From Pristiophorus japonicus (Eukaryota): 64,000 bases of DNA. The translations under genes and the position numbers were made by a program. The stretch covers positions 35,216,001-35,280,000 of the forward strand of contig NC_091993.1 in the NCBI RefSeq assembly GCF_044704955.1, read 5' to 3'. The notes below the pieces were generated by a model, which ran no database searches, was not told where the DNA came from, and was given only the letters and a program-made list of their open reading frames with translations. Below, in pieces: positions 1 through 12,275 of this stretch. Positions within the stretch are counted from its first letter, which is position 1, and each line of letters opens with the position of its first letter.

Positions 1-170
1 GTCCAAGGTGAAGTTCGAAGAGCTACGGGACAGTTCCGTTCCTTTATACTATTGAACAAACATGGGTGCATGTGGCTTATGGCCAACTCCTAATCTGTAA
101 GGCCCCAGCTGTTCTTCCACAAAGCATGAGACTTCGAGATCGTCCCATAAACAAGATGGTGTGCGCATCA

Positions 171-172
<2 letters not shown>

Positions 173-202
<30 letters not shown>
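173..202. repeat. (CT)n microsatellite
   Basis: Pure ctctct run visible in the sequence. Confidence 0.95.
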
Positions 203-207
<5 letters not shown>

Positions 208-319
208 AACAACATTCCACGAAGCATGAAGCAGAAAACACACTGTAAATGTCGGAATATCATAATTAACCTATGTGATTAACCCTATACAATACACCAT
301 CCAGGCGATCGAAACTAGT

Positions 320-2950
320 CCCGGAGATCACCCTGGCCGTATTCTATTCCCTGCAGTACTTACCATTATATCTGCGCCAGCCAACAAAAGGTCATCCAGT
401 CTAATCCCAATTACCAGCTCTAGGTCCGTAACCCTGCAGGCTACTGCACTTTAAGTGCCCATTCAACCATCTCTTAAAAGTGGTGAGGGTTTCTGCATCC
501 ACCACTCTTCCAGGCAGCGAGTTCCAGATCCCCACAACCCTCTGCGTAAAGAAGCCCCCGCAAATCCCCTCTAAACCTTCCACCAACCACCTTAAAACTA
601 TGCCCCCTCGTAATAGACCAATGGAAATAGACCCTTGCTATCCACTATGTCCAGGTCCCTCAATATTTTGTACACCTCAAAGAGGTCTCCTCTCAACCTC
701 CTCTGTTCCAATGAGAATAAATCCAGCCTATCCAATCTGTCCTCATAACTAAGATTCTTCATTCCAGGCAGCATCCTAGATAATCTCCTCTACACCCTCT
801 CTAGTGCAATCACATCCTTCCTATAATACGATGACCAGAACTGCATGCAGTACTCCAGCTGTGGCTTAACCAAAGTATTATACAATTTAAGCATAAACTC
901 CCTGCTCTTATATTCTGTGCCTCGGCCAATAAAGGCAAGCATTCCGTATGCCTTCTTAACCACCTTATCCACCTGGCCTGCTACTTTCAGGGATCTGTGG
1001 ACAAGCACTCCAAGGTCCCTTTGTTCATCTACACTATTAAGTGGCCTACCGCTTAATGTGTATACCCTTTCCTTATTAGCCTTCCCGAAGTGCATCACCT
1101 CACACTTCTCTGAATTAAATTCCATTTGCCGCTGCTCTGCCCACCTGACCAGTAGATTGATATCCTCCTGCAGTCCATGACTTTCCTCTTCATTATCAAC
1201 CACACAGCCAATTATAGTGTCGTCTGCAAACTTCTTAATCATACTCCCTATATTCAAATCTAAATCGTTGATATATACCACAAAAAGCAAGGGACCCAGT
1301 ACTGAGCCCTGCAGAACCCCACTGGAAACATCCTTCCAGTCACAAAAACATCCGTCAACCATCAGCCTTTGCTTCCTACCTCCAAACCAATTTTGGATCC
1401 AACATGACACGTTGCCCTGTATCCTACTGGCTTTAATCTTCATGACCAGTCTACCATGTGGGACCTTATCAAAAGCTTTGCTAAAGTCCATATACACTAC
1501 ATCGTATGCACTGCCCTCATCGACCCTCTTGGTTACCTCCTCAAAAAATTCAATCGTTAGTCAAACATGATCTTCCCTTAACAAATCTGTGCTGACTGTC
1601 CCTAATTAATCCTTGCCTTTCCAAATGCAGATTTATCCTGTCTCAGGATTTTTTTCCAATAATTTTCCCACCACTGAGGTTAGGCTGACAGGCCTGTAAT
1701 TACTCGGTCTATCCCTTTCTCCCTTCTTAAACAAGGGCACTACATTAGCAGTCCTCCAATCCTCCGGCACCATGCCCACATCCAAAGAGGACTGGAAAAT
1801 GATGGTCAAAGCCTCTGCTGTTTCCTCTTTTACTTCGCTCAACAGCCTGGGATGCATTTCATCCGGGCCTGGGGACTTATCTACTTTCAAAGCTGCTAAA
1901 CCCGTTAATACCTCCTCTCTCACTATATTTATTTCATCCAGAATATTACACTCCTCCTCGATCGCAGTATTGCATTGCCCCTTTCCTTTGTGAAAACAGA
2001 TGCAAAGTATTCTTTAAGAACCCTCCCAACATCTTCCGCCTCCACACAAAGATTACCCTCATGGTCTCTAATAGGCCCTACCCTTTCGTTAGTTACCCTC
2101 TTACTCTTAATATATTTATTGAACATCTTAGGGTTTTCCTTAATTTTACTCGCCAAGAATTTCTCGTGCTCTCTCAGCATTCCTAATATCCTTTTTAATT
2201 TTGCCTCTTAACGTTCTCTCAAGATTCTATAGTATTTAGCCGTTGATATGTGACATAAGCGTCCCTTTTTTCTTAATCCTCTCCTGTAAGTCCCTAGACA
2301 TCCAGAGGGCTCTAGAATTATTTTTCCCAGCCTTTTTCTTTAAGGGAACATGTTTGGCCTGAGCCTTCCGGATCTCCTCCTTGAATGCCTCCCACTGTTC
2401 CGATATTGATTTACCTTAAAGTAGCTGTTTCCAGCCCACTGTGGCCAAATCACTCCTCAACTTAGCAAAATTAGATTTTCCCCAATTCGGATCTTTTACT
2501 CCAGGCCTATTCTCCTCTCTGGTGCTGTAACTTTATCTTTGATCGAGACTGAAACCCCTCCTTGTTCTCCTTCCCTATCTTTCCTGAATAGCCAGGAATA
2601 TTAAATTCCCAATCTTCCCCTTCTTTGAGCCAAGTCTCTATTAATGCCATTATATCATAGTTCCATATGGCAACGTGTGCCTGCAACTCACCAACCTTAT
2701 TTACCATGCTCCGTGCATTTACGCATAGGCACTCCAACCCCACCTTGGTCTGATCGCTCCTATTTCTGAACTTTGTCTCTCCCAGCCCTCTGTGCGCCTT
2801 AGAGATCTCCTGTCTGTTGCTTCACCCTGGTGCCCCTCCCCCTGCCCTTAGTTTAAACCCTCTCCGGCTCCAGTTAACCTCCCTGCGAGAACATTGCTCC
2901 CACTTCTATTGAGGTGTAACCCGTCCCCTGTGCCCCATTTCTCCAGCCAC
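320..2950 (-). mobile_element. CR1-type LINE, degenerate ORF2 (APE endonuclease + RT) with 3' end, internally deleted
   Basis: Minus-strand ORF pieces: LCVNARSMVNKVGEL (APE start, 2507-2743), [24 protein letters not shown] (1633-1923), [13 protein letters not shown]...QGSVLGP...KFADDT (790-1497), FFTQRVVGIWNSLP (401-586). Frameshifts separate the pieces; boundaries approximate. Confidence 0.92.
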
Positions 2951-2987
2951 GCATTAACTTCTTATCTTGCTGTTCCTCCAATCACAG

Positions 2988-3094
2988 CGCGTGGTGCTGC
3001 AAACCCATGATTTCCTGGATGGTCTCTCGCTAATTTCTCAAAGTTTTTCTGTGTCGCCCAGCAACCATAAAGTGAAGTTCCTGAGTCACCGTTG
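2988..3094 (+). CDS. Putative exon A of an unidentified gene (RVVLQTHDFLDGLSLISQSFSVSPSNHKVKFLSHR)
   Basis: Polypyrimidine acceptor cttatcttgctgttcctccaatcacag; open in phase 0; weak donor TG|gtgtta in phase 2, compatible with the next candidate exon. No homologue recognised. Confidence 0.35.
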
Positions 3095-3215
3095 GTGTTA
3101 CAGGAATCAGGAGGCGTGCTGTGATGTGCAGGAAGCTGCCTGTATATTAACCCCTGTTTTCCCACCAGTTAGTTTGCAGCCCAGAATATCACCTGTAACC
3201 AGTAACCCCCATCAG

Positions 3216-3297
3216 GCCTGATACAAATGCTGTCTGGAGGGAGCTTTTGTTAACGGGATCCAGCTGGATCATCCTGAATGAAGAGCTGATTCCACAG
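3216..3297 (+). CDS. Putative exon B of an unidentified gene (W-PDTNAVWRELLLTGSSWIILNEELIPQ)
   Basis: Acceptor agtaacccccatcag, donor CAG|gttata; 82 nt, phase 2 to phase 0, open. Confidence 0.35.
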
Positions 3298-3717
3298 GTT
3301 ATATTTATCACTAAACGCTCGTGAAATGAGAGTTACTTCTCTGTGCAAACACCTTGTCTCAGTTATGAGTAAAACCTTTGTGATGGAAGATCAGGGTTTA
3401 TTGAATATCTTAAGCAAAGACATGAGTTGAGAGAAGAGGGATGTGTTTATAGTGCTGCTAATATCCATGGAGTGATCCTGCCCCGGGGAAGGGACAGGGT
3501 TTCTGATCAGTGTCACTGGGGATTTATAGATTCATGAATCGTGATAAATAATTCCGAGTCACTCTCGGTTAACTCCAGACCACAAGCAAGGCCAAACATG
3601 TCCAACACTAATTCTAATGATCTGTTTATAAAGCTGCTGACTGCAGCTCTCCATCCCTTCCCCCAGAACTCTCTGTTTGTGCTTTAATCGGTGATCAAAT
3701 AATACTACCTTGTTCAG

Positions 3718-3904
3718 TGTTCCAGGAGGGAAATTTATGATTTTACTGCTGGGCCCCGGGTTGTACCTTTGCTGGATGAAATTTACTTTAGGCCTGAATA
3801 TTGCGGGTTATTTATTGACTGTCTGTCCGGCCTGTACACCCCGCAGATTGTGCAGAACCTGCCCTCTCCACACACTCCAAATGCTTCTGAGGCAACAATC
3901 ACAG
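3718..3904 (+). CDS. Putative exon C of an unidentified gene (CSRREIYDFTAGPRVVPLLDEIYFRPEYCGLFIDCLSGLYTPQIVQNLPSPHTPNASEATIT)
   Basis: Acceptor ctaccttgttcag, good donor CAG|gtgaat; 187 nt open, phase 0 to phase 1; non-repetitive, protein-like composition. Confidence 0.4.
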
Positions 3905-3914
3905 GTGAATCCTT

Positions 3915-4891
3915 GGGATATTTCTCATCTACATGTTGCCCCTTGACGACATCATCCAGAAACACAGCGTCAGTTTCCACATGTACGCCGATGGCACCCA
4001 GCTCTACCTTACCACCACTTCTCTCGACCCCTCCACGGTCTCTAAATTGTCAGACTGCTTGTCCGACATCCAGTTCTGGATGAGCAGAAATTTTCTCCAA
4101 TTGAACATTGGGAAAACCGAAGCCATTGTTTTCGGTCCCTGCCACAAACTGCGTTCCCTATCCACTGACTCCATCCCTCTCCCCAACTTCTCGCTGAGGC
4201 TGAACCAGACTGTTCGCAACCTTGGTGTCATATTTGACCCTGAAATGCGTATCCACAGTATAATTAAGACCCCCTATTTCCACCTCCGTAACATCGCCCA
4301 TCTCAGCTCATCCACTGCTGAAACCCTCATCCGTGCCTGTGTTACCTCCAGACTTGACTATTCCAACTCACTCCTGGCTGGCCTCCCACATTCTACCCGA
4401 CGTAAACTTGAGGTCATCCAAAACTCGGCTGCCCGTGTCCTAACTCGCACCAAGTCCTGCTCACCCATCACCCCTGTGCTCGCTGACCTACATTGGCCCT
4501 CGGTTAAGCAAAGCCTCGGTTTCAAAATTCTCATCTTTGTTTTCAAATCGCTCCAAGGCCTAGCCCCTCCCTAACTCTAATCTCCTCCAGTCCCATAACC
4601 TCCCGAGATATCTGTGCTCCTCTAATTCTGCCCTCCTGATCATCGCTGATTATAATCACTCAACCATCGGTGGCTGTGCGTTCTTTTGCCTAGGCCCCAA
4701 ACTCTGGAACTCCCTCCCTAAACCTCTCTTTCCTCCTTCAAGATGCTCCTTAAAACCGACCGCTTTGACCACCTGCACTAATTTCTCCTTAGGCGGCTCG
4801 GTATCAAATTTTTTGTCTCATAATATTCCTGTGAAACGCCTTGGGACCCGTCACTACGTTAAAGGCGCAATGTAAATACACGTTGTTGTTG
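3915..4891 (+). mobile_element. L2-clade LINE 3' fragment
   Basis: ORF 3933-4574 has HMYADGTQLY, FLQLNIGKTE, RNLGVIFD, SRLDYSNSLLAGLP, ITPVLADLHW (L2 RT/C-terminal motifs); ends aaaggcgcaatgtaaatacacgttgttgttg. Confidence 0.9.
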
Positions 4892-5009
4892 ATAAGATGG
4901 GAAGTGATACAGAATAGTTCCAGGGTGACCCAACCTTATAACACACACTACTGAGTCTGATTAAGGATGGATTTGCTGCATAAGAGGAAAGAGAATGACC
5001 ATAGACTTT

Positions 5010-6050
5010 AAAAGGGGCAGTCGTGTTTGACAAACCTTACAGAATTCTTTAAGGAGATAACAGACGTGATCGAGGGGGAATGCTGGGCATGTGGCAAAGC
5101 CTGGTACCAGATGCCACATGGGGATTATTCGGGAGGATTGAGGGGTCTGGAATTATTGGAGGGTTGCAAAGTGGATTAAATATTGGTCAGAAGGAACAAA
5201 TTAGAGAATCAGAATTAAGGGCAGTTTGTCAGTGGTTGGCAGTGGGTAGTGGTGTCCGACAGGGTTCAGTTCTGAGGCCGTTCCTGGTCCCTGTGTCTAT
5301 CAACAATCTGGATATAGGGCTCGAGGGAGCGGTGTGTGAATTTGAAGATGACTAAAATAGAAGGCAGAGTAAGGAAGCGACAATGGGATATTGATAAGAT
5401 GGGGAATGGGCTAAAACTATCCGATGGAAGTCAGTGTCAGGAATTGTGAGGGGCATGCTGATCGATAATACCAGCAGTAATGGCTCTGTGAATGGGAATG
5501 TGTGCGGGGCTGGGGGGCAGCGGGGAGCAGAGGGATTTGGGGGACAGGTCCACAGGACATTAAAGGCAGCAGCTCCTGGTGATGGAGCTGTACAACAAAG
5601 CTAATAATTCTAGGTTGTATCACGAGGTACAGAATATAAAAGTGAAAAGCTCAGTAAGCCCTCAGTTGGAGGGCTGAGCAGTCTTGGGCTCCACACCATA
5701 GGAAGGATGTTGCGGCTTTAGAGAGGGAGCAGCACATTCACTGGGATGCAGGCTGGTACCAGGAAATACAAAGAAGAAGAAAGACTTAAACAATTGGGGC
5801 TTTTTTCACTAGCACAAGACGATGAAGTGTTTAAAATTCTATACCGTTGGGACAGGGTGTGTCCAAGCAGAATGTCTCCAGTGATTGAGGGTCTGGAGCG
5901 AGGGGCCAGAGAAACCAGATTAAATGTGAGATTTGGAACAGAGGGCTGGAGAAAGCTTTTCACACAGAGAGTTGTGAGGCTGTGGGATTCACTCCTAGGA
6001 TTAGTGGTTTGGAACAGAAACGGTGTGAAAATTCAAGATTAGATTGGAGA
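5010..6050 (+). mobile_element. Old, highly diverged CR1 LINE fragment
   Basis: Degenerate motifs GVRQGSVL, INNLD...EFEDD, ERLKQLGLFSL, FTQRVVRLWDSL. Confidence 0.7.
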
Positions 6051-6189
6051 GGGGGATAAATTAAAATGGATATGGGAACAGGGTGGTAAATGTGGTTGGA
6101 TTGTTTGGTTATGTCGACTGTAAACATGGCTTGTTTCAATTTGTCACTTGAATGTTCAATTTCATTCTGAATATTTAACTCTGACCTCA

Positions 6190-7056
6190 TAATGAACAGG
6201 GTGGATAAAGGGGAACCAGTGGATGTGGTGTATTTGGACTTCCAGAAGGCATTTGACAAGATGCCACATAAAAGGTTACAGCACAAGATAAAAGTTCATG
6301 GTGTTGGGGGTAATATATTAACATGGATAGAGGATTGGTTAACTAACAGAAAACAGAGAATCGGGATAAATGGTTCATTCTCGGGTTGAATCGGTAACTA
6401 GTGAGGTACCGCAGGGATCAGTGCTGGGACCCCAACTATTTACAATCTATATTAACAACTTGGAAGAAGGGACTGAGTGTAACATAGCCACGTTTGCTGA
6501 CGATACAAAGATAGGAGGAAAAGCAATGTGTGAGGTAGACACAAAAGACAGGCTAAGTGAGTGGGCAAAAATTTGGCAGATGGAGTATAATGTTGGAAAG
6601 TGTGAGGTCATGCACTTTGGCAGAAAAAAAATCAAAGAGAAAGTTATTATTTAAATGGAGAAAGATTGCAAAGTGCTGCAGTTCAGTGGGACCTGGGGAT
6701 ACTTGAAACACAAAAGGTTAGTATGCAGGTACAGCAAGTGATCAGGAAGGCCAATGGTAACGGTCTTTATTGCAAAGGGGATGGAGTATAAAAGCAGGGA
6801 AGTCTTGTTACAGCTGTACAGGGTATTGGTGAGGCCACACCTGGAATACTGCGTGCAGTTTTGGTTTCCATATTTACGAAAGGATATGTTTGCTTTGGAG
6901 GCAGTTCAGAGAAGGTTCATTAGGTTTATTCCGGGGATGAGGGGGTTGACTTATGAGGAAAGGTTGAGTCGGTTGGGCCTCTACTCATTGGAATTCAGAA
7001 GAATGAGAGGTGATCTTATCAAAACATAAGATTATGAGGGGGCTTGACAAGGTGGA
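6190..7056 (+). mobile_element. CR1 LINE RT region; left part of an element continued at 10126-10440
   Basis: [43 protein letters not shown]; stops at ...gggcttgacaaggtgga. Confidence 0.9.
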
Positions 7057-9810
7057 AACAAAGTAAATGAGTTGACGGCACAAATCATTACAAATGGGTA
7101 CGATTTGGTGGCCATTACTGAAACGTGGTTGCAGGGTGGCCAAGACTGGGAATTAAACATACAGGGATATCTGACAATTCGGAAAGATAGACAAGATGGG
7201 AAAGGAGGTGGGGTAGCTCTGTTAATGATATCAGGGCAGTTGTGAGAGACGATATTAGCTCTAATGAACAAAATGTTGAATTATTGTGGGTGGAAATTAC
7301 AGATAGTAAGGGGAAAAAGTCACTGGTGGGCGTAGTTTATAGGCCCCCAAATAATAACTTCCCGGTGGGGCGGACAATAATCAGGGGAATAATGGAGGCA
7401 TGTGAAAAAGGAACGGCAGTAATCATGGGGGATTTTAACCTACATATCAATTGGTTAAATCAAATCGCACGGGGTAGCCTTGAGGAGGAATTCATAGAAT
7501 GCATACGGGATTGTTTCTTAGAACAGTATGTTACAGAACCTACAAGGGAGCAAGCTATCTTAGATCTGGTCCTGTGTAATGAGACAGAAATAATAAACGA
7601 TCTCCTAGTAAAAGATCATCTCGGAATGAGTGATCACAGTATGGTTGAATTTGTAATACAGATTGAGGGTGAGGAAGTAGTGTCTCAAACGAGAATACTA
7701 TGCTTAAACAAAGGGGACTACAATGGGATGAGGGCAGAATTGGCTAAAGTAGACTGGGAACACAGATTAAATGGTGGCACAATTGAGGAACAGTGGAGGA
7801 CTTTTAAGGAACTCTTTCATAGTGCTCAACAAAAATATATTCCAGTGAAAAAGGGCGGTAAGAGAAGGGAATAAAGGAGAGTATCAAATTAAAAACCAAT
7901 GCGTATAAGGTGGCCAAGGTTAGTGGGAAAATAGAAGATTGGGAAAATTTTAAACGACAGCAAAGAATGACTAAGAAAGCAATAAAGAAAGGAAAGATAG
8001 ATTACGAAGGTAAACGTGCGCAAAACATAAAAACGGATAGTAAAAGCTTTTACAGATATATAAAACGGAAAAGAGTGACTAAAGTAAATGTTGGTCCCTT
8101 AGAAGATGAGAAGGGGGATTTAATAATGGGAAATGTGGAAATGGCTGAGACCGTGAACAATTATTTTGCTTCGGTCTTCACAGTGGAAGACACAGAACCC
8201 ATGCCAGAAATTGCTGGTCACAGGAATGTGGGAAGGGAGGACCTTGAGACAAACACTATCACTAGGGGGGTAGTGCTGGACAGGCTAATGGGACTCAAGG
8301 TAGACAAGTCCCCTGGTCCTGATGAAATGCATCCCAAGCAGCTAATGTAACGCCTCTGTTTAAAAAAGGGGGCAGACAAAAGGCAGGTAACTATAGGCCG
8401 GTTAGTTTAACATCTGTAATGGGGAAAATGCTTGAAGCTATCATTAAGGAAGAAATAGCGAGACATCTAGATAGGAATAGTGCAATCAAGTAGATGCAGC
8501 ATGGATTCATGAAGGGGAAATCATGTTTAACTAATTTGCTGAAATTCTTTGAGGATATAACGAGCATGGTGGATAGAGGTGTACCGATGGATGTGGTTAT
8601 TTAGATTTCCAAAAGGCATTCGATAAGGTGCCACACAAAAGGTTACTGCAGAAGATAAAGGTACGCAGAGTCAGAGGAAATGTATTAGCATGGATAGAGA
8701 ATTGGCTGGCAGAAAGCAGAGAATCGGGATAAATGGGTCCTTTTCGGGTTGGAAATCGGTGGTTAGTGGTGTGCCGCAGGGATCAGTGCTGGGACCACAA
8801 CTGTTTATAATATATATAGATGACCTGGAAGAGGGGACAGAGTGTAGTGTAACAAAATTTGCAGATGACACAAAGATTAGTGGGAAAGCGGGTTGTGTAG
8901 AGGACACAGAGAGGCTGCAGAGAGATTTAGATAGGTTAAGCGAATGGGCTAAGGTTTGGCAGATGGAATACAATGTCGGAAATGTGAGGTCACCCACCTT
9001 GGAAAAAAAAACAGTAAAAAGGAATATTATTTGAATGAGGAGAAATTACAACATGCTGCGGTGCAGAGGGACCTCGGGGTCCTTGTGCATGAAACTCTTT
9101 TGGAGTCCTTGTGCATGAATCCCAAAAAAGTTAGTTTGCAGGTGCAGCAGATAATCAGGAAGGCGAATGGAATGTTGGCCTTCATTGCGAGAGGGATGGA
9201 GTACAAAAGCAGGGAGGTCCTGCTGCAACTGTACAGGGTATTGGTGACGCCGCACCTGGAGTACTGCGTGCAGTTTTGGTCACCTTACTTAAGGAAGGAA
9301 AAAAATTAGCTTTGGAGGGGGTACAGAGATGATTCACTAGGCTGATTCCGGAGATGAGGGGGTTACCTTATGATGATAGATTGAGTAGACTGGGTCTTTA
9401 CTCGTTGGAGTTCCGAAGGATGAGGGGTGATCTTATAGAAAATCATGAAAGGGATAGACAAGATAGAGGCAGAGAGGTTGTTTCCACTGGTCGGGGAGAC
9501 TAGAACTAGGGGGCACAGCCTCAAAATACGGGGGAGCCAATTTAAAACCGAGCTGAGAAGGAATTTCTTCTCCCAGAGGGTTGTGAATCTGTGGAATTCT
9601 CTGCCCAAGGAAGCAGTTGAGGCTAGCTCATTGAATATATTGAAATCACAGATAGATAGATTTTTAACCAATAAGGGAATTAAGGGTTATGGGGAGCGGG
9701 CGGGTAAGTGGAGCTGAGTCCACGGCCAGATCAGCCATGATCTTGTTGAATGGCGGAGCAGGCTCGAGGGGCTAGATGGCCTACTCCTGTTCCTAATTCT
9801 TATGTTCTTA
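7057..9810 (+). mobile_element. CR1 LINE ORF2 (APE to 3' tail), nested inside another CR1
   Basis: APE motifs (VGVVYRPP, IMGDFN, LDLVL, SDH), RT motifs, and 3' tail ggcctactcctgttcctaattcttatgttctta; several frameshifts and stops. Confidence 0.92.
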
Positions 9811-9812
9811 TT

Positions 9813-10128
9813 AATGTTGGGGAAGTCCAGAACCAGGGGTCACAGTCTAAGGATAAGGGGTAAGCCATTTGGGACCGAGATGAGGAGAGACTTCTTCACC
9901 CAGAGAGTGATGAACCTGTGGAATTCTCTGCCACAGAAAGTTGTTGAGGACAATTCACTAAATATATTCAAAAAGGAGTTAGATGTAGTCCTTACTACTA
10001 GGGGGATCACGGGGTATGGTGAGAAAGCAGGAATGGGGTACTGAAGTTGAATGTTCAGCCATGAACTAATTGAATGGCGGTGCAGGCTCGAAGGGCCGAA
10101 TGGCCGACTCCTGCACCAATTTTCTATG
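9813..10128 (+). mobile_element. CR1 3'-terminal fragment of a second subfamily
   Basis: LGKSRTRGHSLRIRG...GYGEKAG plus tail ttttctatg; closely similar to 22560-22885. Confidence 0.88.
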
Positions 10129-10440
10129 CAGAGAGGATGTTTCCACTGATGGGGGAGACTAGAACTAGGGCCATAATCTTAGAATAAAGGGCCGCCCATT
10201 TAAAACTGAGATGAGGAGAAATTTTTCTCAGAGGGTTGTAAATCTGTGGAATTCGCTGCCTCAGAGAGCTGTGGAAGCTGGGTCAGTGTGTATTTCTGTC
10301 TTAAATTTATTCAGTTTCTTAAATGATAAGGGAATAAGGGGTTATGGGAGTGGGCGGGGAAGTGGAGCTGAGTCCATGATCAGATCAGCCATGATCGTAT
10401 TGAATGGCGGAGCAGGCTTGAGGGGCCATATGTTCTTATA
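10126..10440 (+). mobile_element. CR1 3' end completing the element at 6190-7056
   Basis: Begins atgcagagaggatgtttcc, the sequence that directly follows gacaaggtgg in uninterrupted copies (e.g. 38911-38940). Confidence 0.82.
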
Positions 10441-11469
10441 ACACGCACTTTGACCTTATAACACATATGATTTATCTCTGAGCTTGTAAATACAGATCCC
10501 AGTGCCAGAGTTACAGCACTGCCTCCTGAATAAAGCAACTATCTCGATTTTAAGAGCTGGTTACAGTAGACATTAGTGATGTTTATGTACTGATGGTTTT
10601 TAGTCAGGAACGGTACCATTTTACACAAAGCCAGAATTAATTTTAATTTAGTTAATGTCCTGAGGGAGTCAAAACTGTGTTTAAAAAAAAAAAATGTTTT
10701 TCTGATATTCACTAAAATGAGTTGGAATGTGTTCAGTTTCCGGAATCGATGGCGCGTTCCATCCCTGGGATTCTGCTTCTTTACTCCACTGTCTGCTGAC
10801 TTTAAATTGTCAGCATTTGCAGGGCAGCCTGTTTGGACGCTTGCTGTACAATTCAAAAATGATCATCTGAGAGAAAAGTAGTGTCCCACAGGAGGGTATC
10901 TGTCACTCCCACATGTTGACCAGTACTGGATTATTGCAGCTTTATTCGATCCAAGCTACTTCAGTGCAGCAGAAAAGAAAGAAAAATAACCTAACTTTAA
11001 AAAGGGTGTCAGACATTTAATCAAAGCTGGTCGATGGAGTTTGCAGGAATGGCAGGGTCCTTGCAAGGAATTTGCTGCTGGAACCAGGTCTCGGGATTAA
11101 TGAGGGGAATTCACAGTTTGAGCAATGAAGCAATTGTCAGGTTGTTGGTGGTTTGAAATATTTCCAACAGTTACTTCCTTGCTCAGAAATGCTGAGCTGC
11201 TGTGAGTCAGCACATACCCGGGTACCATGACATCAGACACTTCGGGCCAGGGCGGGGTCTGCCCTTCACTGATGTGCCGTTTCTGAGTGAGATTTAAATG
11301 TATTCTGAGTGAGCCTGACTTCTGGATATTTTTTCAGTTAGAAACAGAGATGTGTTTTATATTAAATATACATTCACTGGATGTAGTGACTGAGGCATTT
11401 GATGGGTAATTTTATTAAGAGTGAATTTCTCTCATGGTTCTGAGCAGCATAGCAATGATGTGGAATAAC

Positions 11470-12275
11470 TAGGAAGAACTCCCTGCTCTTCAACAGTTCC
11501 ATGGGATCATTTACATCCCTCCAACAGAGCAGATGGGGCCTCGGTTTAATGTCGCATCTGAACGACGGCACCTCCGACAGTGCGGTGCTCCCTCAGTATT
11601 TTCCCTCAGACAGTGCGGCGCTCCCTCAGTACTGCCCCCTCAGTACTGCCCCTCCGACAGTGCGGCGCTCCCTCAGTACTGCCCCTCCGACAGTGCGGTG
11701 CTCCCTCAGTACTGCCGCTCCGACAGTGCGGTGCTCCCTCAGTACTGCCCCTCCGACAGTGCGGTGCTCCCTCAGTACTGCCCCTCCGACAGTGCGGTGC
11801 TCCCTCAGTACTGCCCCTCCGACAGTGCGGTGCTCCCTCAGTACTGCCCCTCCGACAGTGCGGCGCTCCCTCAGTACTGCCCCTCCGACAGTGCGGTGCT
11901 CCCTCAGTACTGCCCCTCCGACAGTGCGGCGCTCCCCCAGTACTGCCCCTCCGACAGTGCGGCGCTCCCACAGTACTGCCCCTCCGACAGTGCGGCGCTC
12001 CCTCAGTACTGCCCCTCTGACAGTGCGGTGCTCCTTCAGTACTGCCCCTCCGACAGTGCGGTGCTCCCTCAGTACTGCCCCTCCGACAGTGCGGCGCTCC
12101 CTCAGTACTGCCCCTCCGACAGTGCGGCGCTCCCTCAGTACTGCCCCTCTGACAGTGCGGCGCTCCCTCAGTACTGCACCTCCGACAGTGCGGCGCTCCC
12201 TCAGTACTGCCCCTCCGACAATGTGGCACTCCCTCAGTACTGCCCCTCCGACAGTGCGGCGTCCCTCAGTACTGC
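11470..12275 (-). repeat. Deu-domain (SacSINE1-like) SINE fragment carrying a ~21-copy 33-bp minisatellite
   Basis: Unit cagtactgcccctccgacagtgcggYgctccct (11-codon periodicity in the ORF track); flank 11470-11570 matches the SINE body at 50910-51005 in reverse. Confidence 0.9.

Noticed and set aside
3783-3980. Minus ORF containing RFCTICGVYRPDR, reminiscent of a zDHHC cysteine-rich domain start
   Set aside because: No following HC..C..C or DHHC, no splice donor at the right place, and it is antisense to a better-supported plus-strand exon.
11570-12275. CRISPR-like regular repeats (also 46324-46968, 48260-48698, 59945-60360)
   Set aside because: Head-to-tail units without unique spacers, in vertebrate DNA, with no cas genes.
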